DNA from: Eledone cirrhosa
Taxonomy: Eukaryota
Direction of reading: 5' to 3'
Length of the DNA: 64,000 nucleotides
Assembly (NCBI GenBank): GCA_964016885.1
Contig: OZ024743.1
Coordinates: forward strand, 54,932,001-54,996,000
Positions 41,630-56,935 of the stretch are shown piece after piece. Under the pieces are notes generated by a model, which was not told the DNA's origin, did no database searches, and saw only the letters and a list, made by a program, of their open reading frames with translations. The translations under genes and the position numbers were made by a program. Numbering within the stretch: position 1 is the first letter of the stretch; every line of letters begins with the position of its first letter.

Positions 41630-42049
41630 GTATGTATATATAAAATATGTGTGTATGCTTGTATGTATAAGTGCGGTGACATGGTTATACTCAGGTGCGT
41701 GTCTGAGTACGGTGTTTCTTCATAACATCGCTCTTGGAGAAGGAAAACTCTTTTGTAAAACTTGCGATTCGGTTGCAACCAAGAGTGTTTATCTACTCTT
41801 CTTTTTGGATACTTGACACCGTTGTCCAACGAGTAAGATTGGTCTCGTGGAAGACCTTTCTTCACTTCAGAAAGCTTCAATCACAGACATAATTCAATTT
41901 AATCTTGTTTCACGTGTGATGCATGTTCATGATTGATCGTAGCCGAAAACGTCAAACATTAAATAACCATTAACACAAATAATAATGTACTGCTCAATAG
42001 CAACAAGGCCTCTGGAAAAAGGATTAGGAGGGTGTCCCAGGGTACTGCA

Positions 42050-44300
42050 GCCTAGGCTATTGTGAGAAAACCAAATTTATAAAAAATATTGTTTGCTGGC
42101 ATATTTGGACATTGTTAGACTGTGAACATGCATCGTCTCATTCTGAAAGAAGGTCAGCATTTGTGGTGAAACAGTTCCAGCATTAAAACATAGAGGTAGC
42201 ATCATTGTCTGAAACCAGTCTCGTTGAGAAGGGGCACTTTCAGGAACTGTCTGGTAGGTATACTTTTTATTGGAACGGAAGTCAGAAGGATGCAAGAGGG
42301 AGGCTGGAGTGGCATTTACTGTTAAAAATACAATTGTTTCTAAACTAGATGAGTTTCTTCGAGGCTTCTCTGATCGGCTCTTCCCTATAAGGGTTCCAAG
42401 AATAGGTTCGTTATATTTCTGAGTATATATGCTCAGACTATGTGCTCAGCGGAGGATAAAAGGTTGCATTTTATCTTTTCTTAAAGGAACTTGTTCAGTG
42501 ATTCGCATAATCTAATAGTATTCTCATACTTGGAGATGTTAATGGCAAGTACCACAGAACTTTGGATATGGTTGGTAAACATGGGATTCGAAAATGCAAT
42601 AACATTGATTTGTTATTTCTGAAAATGTGCCAAGACCTGGCCTTTTCTATAGCTACTACTTTCTTCTAGAACAAGAAGCAAAAAACAACTTGGATGCACC
42701 CTGGTTTAAAGCAGTAGTAGATTTTGTTCTTGTCCGTAAACGTAATGTTCGAGACATCTGTAATGTCCGTGTTGCGGGGAACGAAATGCTGGATATAGCA
42801 TCTTGGTGTTAACTAAAGTGAAATTAGTGAGTGGTGAAGCCGAATGTATAAATAAGTTGTGGTGGTGTTCAAAAGAAATTAAATATTGCTCGGATCAAAA
42901 TTGCATCAATAAAGGAGTTGGTGTGAAAGTTTGACAATATGCAGTGTGATGACATATAGGAAGGCGTCAACACTTCGGTTAAGCTACATTGGCAGCTGTT
43001 CTTAGCTTTGTTGATAGGAAGCAGGAAAATTGTTTTAATGAAAATGAAGTGATTTATGTGCTATTTAATGAAAAGAACCAACGATGATGTAAGTGCATGC
43101 AAGAGGGCAAGAGGCTAGAATGCAGTGAAATATTGTTGAAGAAGGCGAAGGGTAACTTACAGCACTAGCTCTGTTGCAGACAAAGTGGAGAAGTAAAGCG
43201 GAGGAGATTCAGGCTGCATCTATTGCCAACAATATAAATCTACTTACAATGCATTACAAGAAGTCTGTGGTCCTTATACTTCTCCAGTTGCATCGCTGAA
43301 ATCTCAGAGAGGCAACGAATTGCTGAGAGACCAAAATGACGTCCTTTTGAGGTAGAAGAACACATCAATTAACTTTTAAATAGGCCCTCTCAGATCAATG
43401 AGAAATTTATTGACCCAGTTCCTAATCGGCCTACAAATGATGTACCATCAGAAAGATGGAATTGGAATCAAGGAAAACAGCCCAGTAATGGAAATTCTTC
43501 AGGGATGGATGGTATTTGTGTTGAGGTAATGAAACGTGGAATTTGAAACATACCTCGACTTCTCACAAAACTGACACGTAAGGTTTACTAAGAAGAAAGT
43601 TTTATTGATGGTGGTTCTTTATAAAAGAAAGGGGGCAGGATCATGCTGGACAGAGTGCCTGATAATATCACTGGCAACGTTCTTCCTGAGCCGCAGTGTG
43701 GCTTTAGAAGTGGAAGAACCACAACAGACAGGATCTCTGTGAGGTAACTAAAGAAAACCATTAAGCCATTCATACAATAGAGTTTATCCTGTCTTTGTGA
43801 CTTCACGAAGTATTTTAATACGGCAAACAGGGGTAACTTATGGAAGATTCTGACTAAGTTCGGTTGTCCTGACAAGTTCGTCTCAATTAGGAGAGGTTTT
43901 CAAGATGGAATACTAACTCGTGCTAGCATAGGTGGATAGATGTCAGATCCTAATTTTGTTGAAAATAGGGTAAACAAAGTGATATATCACCAATTACTCT
44001 GTTTGTATAGTATTTCTCTATGGTTTTCATTATGCCATTTTGAGTACTGCACTCACGGAATTTATATCAGGTATCGTACGACGATTTGCTGCAAAAGCAC
44101 TTTTTTAAGAGGTGAATTTTTGCATGTAGATGATTGTGATATTGTTGTTTATTATGTTACATTGCACATAATTGTTTTACGAAGACTTGTAAGTACGTTA
44201 GGTGTGACAACGTATCAACCTGCTCCGGGTAAGACTTCATTGAGGCTAGCATTTATGTTCATGACAAATTGTAAGTTGTGGATACATTCTTGTAATGAGA
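42050..44300 (+). mobile_element. degenerate RTE (BovB-like) LINE, endonuclease plus RT
   Basis: LPEPQCGFRSGRTTTDRI (~43682), LWKILTKFGCPDKFV (~43838) and LHVDDC (YADD remnant), with many stops. Confidence 0.85.
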
Positions 44301-44709
44301 TAGCACAGTTAAGATGACAAACACACCTGCTCATGAAATCTTTTTACGAATAAAGAAGGCATACAGAACATGCATATTATCTTGGGTCAATGCTGCCAAA
44401 ATATATTAAAAAATAAAAAAAGGTCAAATATTTTCACCAACAATGTTTTCGCCAAATACTTCATATCCAATGCCAATCGCATATGAATTTTGAAGTGCTG
44501 GGACGAATTCATATTGAAAGTATTGAATTTCTCATAATCATCATAGATATCAGTGTATTCCTAAGCAAGGAGTTACTCCACGGTAAACGGCCATGAGATA
44601 AACAAAAATTGGTTAGTTTTCAACAATCCTCATGTAGCTGATCTGAACAATATGTGCGATGTTAATGATGTTAACGATGTATACATATATGTATGTACGT
44701 ATACATACT

Positions 44710-44799
<90 letters not shown>

Positions 44800-44849
44800 A
44801 AGAGAGAGAGAGAAAGAGAGAGGAAAACGAGAGAGAGAGAGAGACAGAG

Positions 44850-45125
44850 AGAGGTAGAAGACTGGAATATCCGTAGTGGTAGAGCGCTCTGTCCATGGGA
44901 CACGTTTGGTAGAAGTAGTAACACAACAGTTAGTTCACCATACCGAGAACAATTGTTTCATGTTAGCGGATCTTCAGTTCGGACGGCTTAAGATCCGCTA
45001 ACTTGAAACAATTTTTCTCGGTATGGTGAACTAACTGTTGTGTTACTACTTCTACCAAACGTGTCCCATGGACAGAGCGCTCTACCACTACGGATATTCC
45101 AGTCTTCTACCTCTCTCTGTCTCTC
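44850..45125. mobile_element. fold-back of the PLE 3' end found at 47541; HHR at 44944-44981 (-)
   Basis: Arms agaggtagaagactggaatatccg...gaacaattgtttca are mirrored, and the flanking (GA)n/(CT)n and (TA)n tracts are mirrored too. Confidence 0.85.
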
Positions 45126-45135
45126 TGTCTCTCTG

Positions 45136-45502
<367 letters not shown>

Positions 45503-45521
45503 ATATATATATATATATATA

Positions 45522-46710
45522 CAATACATTAACAGAGAAAGCCTTAAGCTTTACTCTGACTGGCTACCATCTCACTCAACAAACATTAGGATATACCTTA
45601 GTATAATCCTAATTATATGTTTAGGGTGCTAACTATATGTATTTTGTGGAAAGCCAGTTGTATTATTTTATATGAGATATAATTAAAATTAAAAAATATA
45701 TCTCTCTTTCCAAACAATTGTTTCATTATAAGTTTTTTACAAGTTGGGAGAATGTGTCCAGGTTATGTAAAAGCCAACATATTTTTCTGTAAGAACATAT
45801 GCAGGTGGGCACTTATAAATCATCAGTGGATGCCCGTCAAACATTGATATAAGAAAAAATTCCTTACCAATGTCATTTTTTGTGTCAGCTAATCATCCCT
45901 CCACGCATCATAATGACCAGCAAATTGAAAATTCCAGCAGTCTCAGAATGAGGAATTTCACAGCGTCACGAAGCGGAAAAGGGAGGCAATCGCGAAACAC
46001 AAGAAAGTAAAATAATATACACGTGGGTGAATTAAATTTTTTCAACAATTTTAACCCTGCGCGTTAAGAACTCAATTAAATTTTAAAAAAATAAATGTAT
46101 GCATGTATTAATTATACACGCATATAGATATTTTCTTAGGCTAAAAACAGAGATATGATACCAAAATAACAATCAATATTTCATAACAATAGTAAATACG
46201 GAAAGTTACGCTTAAAAGGTATCTGGAAAAATTTATCTCTGGCCAAATCAAGAGTAAAATATTCAATACATTAACAGAGAAAGCCTTCAGCTTTACTCTG
46301 ACTGGCTACCATCTCACTCAGCAAACATTAGGATATACCTTAGTATAATCCCAATTATATGTTCGGGGTGCTAACTATATGTATTTTGTGGAAAGCCAGT
46401 TGTATTATTTTATGTGAGATATAATTAAAATTAAAAAATATATATCTCTCTTTCCAAACAATTGTTTCATTATAAGTTTTTTACAAGTTGGGAGAATGTA
46501 TTCGGGTTATGTAAAAGCCAACATATTTTTCTGTAAGAACATATGCAGGTGGGCACTTATAAATCATCAGTGGATGCCCGTCAAACATTGATATAAGAAA
46601 AAATTCCTTACCGATGTCATTTTTTGTGTCAGCTAATCATCCCTCCACGCATCATAACGACCGGCAAATTTGAAATTCCAGCAGTCTCAGAATGAGGAAT
46701 TTCACAGCGT
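45522..46710 (-). repeat. 1.6 copies of a ~743-bp tandem unit between TA tracts, possibly with a decayed HHR
   Basis: caatacattaacagagaaagcc at 45522 and 46264. Minus-strand CUGAUGA..GAAA at ~45784-45826 and ~46527-46570, with imperfect stems. Confidence 0.8.
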
Positions 46711-46711
46711 G

Positions 46712-46757
<46 letters not shown>

Positions 46758-47130
46758 CACTTATTTCTGAATGTATGTATATGTATATACACATATGCTT
46801 TTATATTTTTCTATATATTTTTATATATTATTTTTCTTTCCTATTATTTTTTATATAATCTTTTATATATTTCTTCTTATGTATATTTTCCGTTATTTTT
46901 CCAGCCTCACCTTTCAATTTTTAACAGATTTTAAATCTCATTTCATATTTTCTATTTATAACATCTCTGTCTGTAGAACGATCTAGACGTATATTGATAT
47001 TGTCTAGGGTCCTCAAACCTTTGGTAATGGAGTAGTTATATATTGTGTTGTTAACCTTCCAATTAAAAAGCTCTGTTTTATACATAGAGCACTCTTTTTC
47101 TTCGGAATTAGCTAAAACATGTATATATAT

Positions 47131-47169
<39 letters not shown>

Positions 47170-47170
<1 letters not shown>

Positions 47171-47498
47171 TAGGATTGGTGCTCTGAAATAGTGATGCAT
47201 ACATGAATGTATGTATAGTATATTTGGCAATATACCGTGTGTTTAATTAAAAACATTTAGAAGACCATACACTATCAGTTTTAAAGTAGTGACTATGTCA
47301 CTTATTTCTTTTTGGCGAAAGCAGGGGAGTATGTGGCTCTGATTAACGCCAACCAGCGTGAATCAGACTGTCAGCTTCTATCCCTTCTTTCGCCGAAAAG
47401 AAGTAAGTGACATAGTCACTACTTTAAAACCGATAGCGTATGGTATTCTAAATGTTTCTAATTAAACATACGGTATTGCCAAATATACTATACGTACA

Positions 47499-47503
<5 letters not shown>
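47170..47503. mobile_element. older fold-back element related to the 39381 family, with a decayed HHR at its centre
   Basis: Arms ~47203-47320 and 47388-47503. Centre ggcu-CUGAUUA-acgc..gcgu-GAAU-cagacug-UC-agcu. Confidence 0.7.
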
Positions 47504-47540
<37 letters not shown>

Positions 47541-47542
<2 letters not shown>

Positions 47543-49143
47543 TGGTTACACAACAGTTAGTTCACCATACCGAGAACAATTGTTTCACCTTAGCAGACCT
47601 TCAGCTCGTAATGGACATGGTTATACGGAACAGGAAGGACAACCGTACGAACGCGCATGCGCAGAAACGATCACTTCACACAGGCAATACTAAATTGCGT
47701 GCGAGAGGTGTAAGGAGATAACTGGGAAAGTCCGAAAAGTTTCTAGTTGAGAAGAAAATTAGGATGTTGTTGTATTCAATCCGGAGCTTTGTAGTTATGT
47801 AAGAGGTATTTCCAGACGTGTGGACAACGTGTGAATAATTCATTGCTCGTGTTTAGGCATCCACTATTGCGTAATCTCTTTAGAATATTTATTCGTTCAT
47901 CAATACATAGTCCACACAGCGGATTGCCCCTTGCGTATGGCTTGAACTTAGTGATGGCTTTTCATTGAATGGAGTAGTCTATACTTGAGTCCTTGAGGGA
48001 CCATACGTGGCTCGCGAGTTTCGTGGATGAACGTCTGTCCGGGTACCTAAAGGTCGACTGGTGGTTCAGGAAGTGTTCCTTAAATCGGCCTCCGCCATAC
48101 CCACATAGTATTTGACCTCTTGTGGTTGGTTTGGTCGGTTAGAAGTGACCACAGCTTCATAAATTACAGCTGGTGTGTTGCATTGCTATTGAAGGGGGCA
48201 AGCTTCGCGCTTACGGCAAGAGCACCCTGGTGGGGTGTTGCTCTTAGGGCTGTTGGTGATGTGGGCCTTCATGTTCTTAGTGTATCCTAGTTTTACTTTG
48301 TGTCGATTAAAGATGGAGCGGTATTTATGACCTATGGGAAAGTGTCTATCTAAGAGGGCTAAAAATTTTTTGCCTACATTTGTTTTAACGCTGAGTGAGA
48401 AGGAAGGAGAGAACCAGAGAGTTTGTCTATTGTAACGCTTTCTTTTCCTATTGCTGTTGTTGTTAGTGGGAGAGTAAGTGATAGGTTGCGAGAAGCCGCT
48501 GTTAGCTAACTCCGTGTTATAGTAGGGTGTCGCTCTGTCAAAGATAGACTTATTAGAGGAGAGGTTTGAGATTCTAGTACTGATATTTACGAAGTTTCTA
48601 AAAACAGTGGGAAGGTGACATGAGTCCTTGTGAATGTAATTGAGTTTTTCGTTTAGCTTATGGAAGGGTCTGTAGGTGTGTGTGCGATGGTCTAAATTAA
48701 TGTCTAAGAAATCTACGCTAGAGAGGTTGGTAGCTACTGTTATCCTAAGTCCTAACTCATTGAAGGTAGAAGGTAAGTCTTTTTTAAACCTGTCGAGGTC
48801 GTGACCACTTTTATGGTCAGTCCATCGTCTCGGTATATTCCCGTGTGGAAGTCCGGGAATCTAACACGTAATATATACCTAAAATAAATAGGCCAACTAA
48901 GTCGCATACGTCAGCTCTATCAAACGATCCCATGGAGACGTCGAATAGGTCTGAAGTTGTTGACTTCTTTGCCCAGGCTACTCCGTTGTTGAAGAGGAGG
49001 GTTTTCCGGCAGTGAGCGATGATTTCCTTGTCCATTATGAGCTGAAGATCCGCTAAGATGAAACAATTGTTCTCGGTATGAAGAACTAACTGTTGTGTAA
49101 CTACTTCTACCTGGCTCGTCCCACGGACTGAGGGTTCTACCAC
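47541..49143 (-). mobile_element. third PLE family: disrupted RT plus GIY-YIG-like ORF, 3' HHR (47571-47608 -) and an inverted 5' copy with HHR (49039-49074 +)
   Basis: KTLLFNNGVAWAKK..LFDVSMGSFDRADVCDLVGLFIL, followed by FLDINLD and WFSPSFS remnants. HHR gag-CUGAAGA-uc..gau-GAAA-caauug-UU-cuc. TA flanks. Confidence 0.85.
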
Positions 49144-49162
49144 TATATATATATATAAGTTT

Positions 49163-49204
<42 letters not shown>

Positions 49205-49210
<6 letters not shown>

Positions 49211-49479
49211 ATACGTACATACATATATGTATACAGACGTACAGTAGTATGTATATATATACATACATACACACATATATATATGTACGTATGGATTTAC
49301 CGAACATTTATTAAATGTTCAGTAAATCCATACGTACATATATATATGTGTGCATGTATGTATATATACACATACGACTGTACGTCTGTATACATATACG
49401 TTTGTACGTATACATACTTATATTTAAGTAACTGCCGTACTAAGAGTGAGAAATGAAATTTCGTTTCATATTTTCCGTT

Positions 49480-49480
<1 letters not shown>
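49205..49480 (+). repeat. fold-back fragment related to the tail of the 471-bp unit
   Basis: Palindrome centred near 49311. Contains ctgtacgtctgtatacat...tttaagtaa.tgcc.tactaagagtgagaaatgaaatttcgttt. Confidence 0.78.
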
Positions 49481-49559
<79 letters not shown>

Positions 49560-49817
49560 AGCATACTGCGAAACCATTATGCTGGATTGAGAGTTGATGG
49601 AAGTGTAGATGTGTCTGTGTAAAATTCACTTGTAGATCGCCTTTCTTTATGTCCCTCTTTCAGACACTTCAGTTCATCTGCCAGTCACGCGCCTTGTGGA
49701 GTTTCTCTCTATTGATCACTGGCCGCTGGTTTCGATCTTCTGAGGCATTTTTTCCCATCGCTGTCTTTGTCAGCATTTAGCTGTTTTAACGGCTGTTCTA
49801 ACGATAGGTTTTCTCAT

Positions 49818-49854
<37 letters not shown>

Positions 49855-50249
49855 AAAGAATAGAGGTGTAACACACGAGTTATGATATATTGGTAAAAGG
49901 AAAAGAAAATGCTGACACATTTGTCAACATTTTCTTTTCTTTTTACCAATATATATATATATAAGTTTAAGTTTATATATATATATGTATATATACATCC
50001 ATATATATATATATATATAGGCATATATACATATGTAGGATTGTATATATATATATTTATGTGTGTGTGTGTGAATGTGTATATACATATGTATATATGT
50101 ATGTATGTATGCATATATATATATATGCATGTATATATATGTATGCATGTCTATATATATATGTATATATGTATATATATGTATATAATATATGTATATA
50201 TGTATATATATATATATAATATATGTATATATGTATATATATATATGTA

Positions 50250-50303
<54 letters not shown>

Positions 50304-52891
50304 CAAGTGTATGTATGCATGTATATATTTATGTACGTATTCATTTATTTGTATCTATCTATCTCTCTCTCTCTATATATATATATATATACACATACAT
50401 ATGTATACATGTACATTTATTCATGTATATGTATATATGTATACATATGTATGCATGTATATGTATGCGTATGTATGTATATGTATGTATATGTATGCGT
50501 ATGTATATGTTTATACATACAATATATATATATATGTTTGTGTATATATTTTTACTCACACACACACTCACACACCCGTATACACACACACACACACATA
50601 TATATATATGTGTGTGTATGTGTGTGTGTAAGTGAACATGTAGCCATGCATTCAAGCATTCATCTAAGCCAACCTCTACACACGTTGTCTTTTGGCATTC
50701 AATATGTTAAACAGCTGCCACGTCACCATTGCTCCGTTGTGCAGAAAGGACGTAACAACAACAACAACAACAACAAGTAAATAATAAGTATATAGTAGGT
50801 AAATAAATAAATAAATAATAAGAAGTAAATGAATAAATATATAAAGACATGCGAAAAGATGAAAGAGACTGGTCATGTGATGCGTGAAATGACAAATGAA
50901 TTGAAAATCTGTGATGGCGGAGAGCAAATGTCACGAAGTTTTGTGTAAGAGGAGGAATGAAGCGTGGTTTAGTAGAGATGGATGGATTGTTGTTAGCGGT
51001 GGTGGTGTTCGTATTGGTGGTAGTGTTGTATGGTGTTGTATGTGGTAACGATGGTCAGGGTGGTGGTATGCTGGGGATGCTACAGATTTGATGGTGGTGG
51101 TGGTGAACATCGTTGTAATATTTGTGGTTAATGGTATCATGATGTTGATGGTGGTGTCTGCTGAGCCTGGTGGTTTTTGTGATGGTGGTTGTTGTCTTTG
51201 TCACTTTCATTTGTCTTTGCTAATAAAGATGGTGACCGTGATGTTGGTTTGATGTGCATAACTATCTGGTCGCTAGAAGCGTAATCAAAATCCCTGGTCA
51301 AAATTTGTCCTAATAAATAATTCTATCTAATAAAAACATGCGCTAACATGTCATTTTGAAAACAACGTTCACTGTGTATGTGGCCATCATGCCCCAAATC
51401 ATCATGGTTGTTTTACGCCCCTTTTGTAACACTGTTATAAGAGGAATATAATTGTTTCTACTTTTGGCACAAGGCCAGCAACTTAAAGGGACGGGGATGG
51501 TCGATCAAACCGATCCCAGTACATTACTGGTACTTTATTGTATCGACCCTTAAGAATAAAAGGTAAAGCTAACCTCAGCAGGATTTGAACTCAGAACGTA
51601 AAGGGATGTAACTATACCGCAAAGCATTATCTTCGACACTCTAACGATACTATATTCAAACATAATATTAACGGTTTCTGATTTAGTCTCAAAGCCAAAC
51701 ATTTTGGGGGAAGAGGATGCCTATTAAATCAATCCCAGTGTGTTCTACCTCGTAAGGATGAAAGGCAAAGTTAACCTCGGCGGGATTTGAACTCAGATCA
51801 CAAAGGGCCGTAACTCTTTGCTGCAAAGCATGGCATTTGACCCTCTACTGATACTGCCAATCCACCGGACATAATAATAACGTTAGATGATATCTCTTTC
51901 GCTATAGAAGGTATTTTAGTTTAATAATGCAACGACTGCGTCAGGTTGAGTCTCCTTTAGAATTATGTTTATTATGTTAATTGTGTTATTGTCTGTAGAA
52001 TGTTCAGTCACTTTCACTTTAATTTCTCGATCATTGTACTTGTACTTGTGGCGGCGTTCACCCGGGGTGGGTTGACCCGGACCCATCGAAGGAATTCACG
52101 GTGTAAGTTCATTTCAATGGAGTTTCTTCGCACGATTGGTTTCACGAGTGGTGCCCAGCCGCAAGTATATGTACTTTAGGATAGTGCAATCCCAGTATTG
52201 CATCGCTTATAGCATCGAGCTTTCATACCCAACCCAAATTGGCGGAGCAGTGTGCGACGGGGACGCATGGGAGGGAGTTTGGCCGGGCAAGATGATAAAC
52301 ACAACCTATTTGAGCCATTTTTTAGGGCCAGCATGAGCTCACCCCACTCACCATTCGAAACAACTGAAACACTCCGTATGGATGGACGGAGGTGGTGCGC
52401 ACACACACATATACATACGCACACGCACAGACGCACTGCGTTATTCTTATAGTGAAGTAAGATTTGACATAATGCGGTTAGTCAAAACAAGTTTTAACCT
52501 GATATTATATCATCAGTAAAGAAGGGAGTTATTATTTCCTGGCTATCTCTACCATCATTTACCAACAAAGGAACAACTATGAGGGCGCTAGATCTGCCAG
52601 AAATAGCAGCTAAATCGCTCTTAAATCTCATTCCCTCTGATGGTGTAACAGGCGTGTGATGAAAGAACTTTGATAGACTATATACATATATATATATTTA
52701 TATCTATATTTTTAACACATTGATTGCCAGCTAAATTATCTATAGGGATGTAAAACATACAGAAGCGAAAACCAATCCAAACCAAACGGTGAGTGTGTTT
52801 TACTATTATTTCTAGCAATATTATAACAATATGACCCTCCCCAAATATAACTATATATAAAATATGTTTTGAAACAGTGAGCAGGTTTGAA

Positions 52892-52958
52892 ATTAGAAAA
52901 TAGAATAGCTTTCACCGTATTTTTAAAAAAATACGGTGAAAGCTATTCTATTTTCTAA
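52892..52958. repeat. short, near-perfect palindrome containing an HHR 3' half (GAAA-gc-UA)
   Basis: attagaaaatagaatagctttcaccgtattttt aaaaaaatacggtgaaagctattctattttctaat, adjacent to a TA tract. Confidence 0.75.
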
Positions 52959-52960
52959 TA

Positions 52961-53032
<72 letters not shown>

Positions 53033-53037
<5 letters not shown>

Positions 53038-53790
53038 CATTATAAAGAAAGAAGAAATATTAGAGATAAATAAATACCTACTTTTTCTTCAAATTCCCGA
53101 CTGTACAGTTTCGTGGCTACTTTGCAAATATCCTATATCATAGAGATGTAGCATTCTTGTGAGGTTTGCCGACTTATCAAGAGAATACCTCATGTAAAAT
53201 TTCAAAACAGGTCTGCATCGCGCGAAAGAATCTCGAGAGGCGGAGGGGACTATCACGTGATACAGCGGTCAAGAAATGGAGCTAAATCCCTTGTAGCAAT
53301 GAAAAATGTCACGAATGGCGGTGATACACTTCCAGTCTTCCTTACCACCCCTTCTGTAACCTTTGCACTGCATTGTATTAATGTCCCCTCCGCCATTCGT
53401 GACATTTTTCGTTGCTGCAAGGGATTTAGCTCCATTTCTTGACCGCTGTATCACGTGATAGTCCCCCTCCGCCTCTCGAGATTCTTTCGCGCGACCTGTT
53501 TTGAAATTTTACATGAGGTATTCTCTTGATAAGTCGGCAAACCTCACAAGAATGCTACATCTCTATGATATAGGATATTTGCAAAGTAGCCACGAAACTG
53601 TACAGTCGAGAATTTGGAGAAAAAATAGGTATTTATTTATGTCTAATATTTCTTCTTTCTTTATAATGTATTACATAGCTCTGATATAGAGTCAATTTAA
53701 TTATTCCGATTATTTTGTCTCCCTTAGTCATAGAGCAACATTGGTTAAGGTTGGCAACACATAATCTCACATACTTGTGAAAGATGTATG
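53033..53790 (+). mobile_element. fold-back element (arms 53033-53321 and 53390-53673) with a U3-A8 HHR carrying an extended stem II (53521-53612 +, 53094-53185 -)
   Basis: uucuc-UUGAUAA-gucggc...gccac (61-nt domain)-GAAA-cuguacag-UC-gagaa. Confidence 0.82.
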
Positions 53791-53980
53791 TGTATATATG
53801 CATGTATATGTATGTATACACATATATTTGTGTACCTTTCATTATTGACTATAACTCCCTCACGGTAGAGTAGACACGGATGTATAATGACTCTCATTAT
53901 TGTATATATATATATATATATAAAATAAGGAAAATGATCGAAAATGCAACTGGAGTCTTTTTTAAGAATATTTATTTGTT

Positions 53981-54020
53981 TCCTTTACCGGTTTCACAGT
54001 TCTTATGCTTTTCAAAAGTA
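53981..54020 (-). ncRNA. hammerhead ribozyme with U3-A8 core (GAAACCGGUH family; relatives at 19861-19900 -, 28306 + and decayed 9470-9510 +)
   Basis: uacuu-UUGAAAA-gca uaagaac ugu-GAAA-ccgg-UA-aagga, followed by AAUAAA. Confidence 0.7.
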
Positions 54021-54820
54021 GAATTGAGATGGAGGGTTTGTGGTTTTTCTCGCATCTAGTTGGTGTTCGAAAGTTCTTTCTGTTTTATATGGAAAGAATG
54101 GCTCAAATTGCTGGGTTTTAAAAAGAATAATTAGTTTGGTTGATGACTGTCACGTGAATAAGAATAATAAATTTCGCGCCAGTTCGCGTTACAAAGTTCT
54201 TATTGTATTTGGCTTTAAAAATGTGGCTCAAATTGGTGTTTGTTTCTTTATAAGTGTAATTTGGTTAGTTGATGATTGTTACGTGAATAAGTACATCAAA
54301 TTTCGCGCCAGTTTGTGTTTGACGGTTCTTTATTGCCATTTTCATAATCACATAATTTGTCATAGACAGTTTTGTGCCAAACAAAAGATAATGGTCAAGA
54401 AATGGGAGGGGGGAGAAATCGTTCTGGTTCAGTGAGTATGGCTGATGTGTAGAGGTATCAAAATTCAGATTTTCTATTGAAATAAATTGAATGAACTTGA
54501 GAAACGTGAAAAAAAGTATATTACTCAACGACACAATACATCGCCCGACGCAGGATTCGAACTCACAACCTCATGATTGTGAACACAACTCTAACCACAC
54601 GCCTTTCACATATTCGGGGTGTCCCCCAAAAATATATACACACTTTGATTACCTGTATAGGCAATATTAATTAGAATGGTGTCGAAGTGTGTATACATTT
54701 TTGGGGACACCCTATATATATATGTGTGTGTGTTTATGACTGTGTGTGGAAGAGGGGAGAGCTGGAGAGAAAGGGAGATAGAAATATAATTATATAGGTA
54801 TGTGCTTGTGTGCGTGCGTA

Positions 54821-55273
<453 letters not shown>

Positions 55274-55274
55274 T

Positions 55275-55308
<34 letters not shown>

Positions 55309-55311
55309 ATG

Positions 55312-55345
<34 letters not shown>

Positions 55346-55350
55346 ATATA

Positions 55351-55402
<52 letters not shown>

Positions 55403-55416
55403 ATATATATTATATA

Positions 55417-55484
<68 letters not shown>

Positions 55485-55625
55485 AGAGTTAAACAAGATT
55501 CAATAAGTACATCAAAGAATGAGTTTTACAATAAATTGGAAGCACTCTACAGTAAAAATATTTTCCAGAGTTATTAATATTAATTCCAAATATTAACAAA
55601 ACAGATATTCTTGTGATCAATTAAA

Positions 55626-55688
55626 TTTTATTATACATATTTCAGAGGTACTGAATTAAGTTCAACAGTACGTCCTCATCAGATAAAA
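55626..55688 (-). ncRNA. type I hammerhead ribozyme near the TA-abutting end of an AT-rich element (from ~55483)
   Basis: uuuuau-CUGAUGA-ggac guacug..caguac cucu-GAAA-uaugua-UA-auaaaa. Confidence 0.8.
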
Positions 55689-56893
55689 TAAAATGATACA
55701 TGACATACCCTGACATGGTAGATGGTTAAGATTTAATCAAGGTAGTGATTAACTTATGAGAAAGCTCAATATTTATACCATAATATTGAGAACATGAGAG
55801 AACGTAATACAATCAATAGAGAGAGAGTGAGTAATATATTTTAAGAAATATATGGTATCAATGTAACAGTTATAGAAAAAACTACTAGAAAAATATGCGG
55901 GAGAGGAAAGCATATAGGAAGACGTAGCTGATGTTATAACTTATTTAGTATTTAGCTTAAGAAGACAAATGAAATATAAATTAAGAGAGAGAGAGAGAGA
56001 CAAAGGGAGTAATTTATGCTCAAGTTACTACCTACACATATTCATATAGGGTTGGCGGTTAATTTTCAAAATATTGAATTTATGTTATTTCAGGGTAAAT
56101 AATCAAATTATAGGTTTTAAAAGTTGATGGGTATTTGTATTAATATTATAATATAATTATGTTAAATTTCTAAAATTCAAATTATATGAAGACAAATTTT
56201 AAAGATTTACAAAACTCGCGAAAGAAAGAAAAATATACATGTAATGTTAGATGTCCCCACAAAGGTAATCTTTACCAAAAATTACTTATAATATTGTTAA
56301 CAGTTTCTATAATATAATTTATGAGATATTTAGTTATAACTGTTAAGGAATTTATTGTTAAATAGTTAGAGTGCCTAAAGTATTAACAGGTCTTATAATT
56401 AAACTTAAAGAAGTCAGAGTTTTCAGCCATACATATATGTGTGTATTGATCATAATATACCAAGACTACAATTTATTATTTGTTCATATATTGTATTAAG
56501 TAAGTGATTATATAAGTTCGACCTTCCAGGGAAAATCAAACATTTATAATAATGTTATTTGAGTGTTTAAATTATTTAAATAAATGTAACTACGATTATG
56601 CAGAGAAGCAGTACAAACAAAGGTTTATTAGTTTCACGCTCTTGAGTGTGGGATATATATATATATATATATATAACGAAGGAAGTCTGGTAAGGAACCA
56701 GATGGACCATAACGCACCAGAGTACTCAATACTTAGGGTAGTAGAGTGGGTAATAGGAAAATGTTTGACCCCAACGACAGAGCTCAAGCCGTTTCGGCGG
56801 CTATTTCTGGACTCAGCTATTTCAGTCCAGAAATATCCGTCGAAACGGCTTGAGCTCTGCCGTCGTGGTCAAACATTTTCCAAATATATATAG

Positions 56894-56935
<42 letters not shown>

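Noticed and set aside
50960-51250. GGT/GTT-rich tract as coding or telomeric sequence
   Set aside because: It is a degenerate trinucleotide low-complexity tract with no TTAGGG array.
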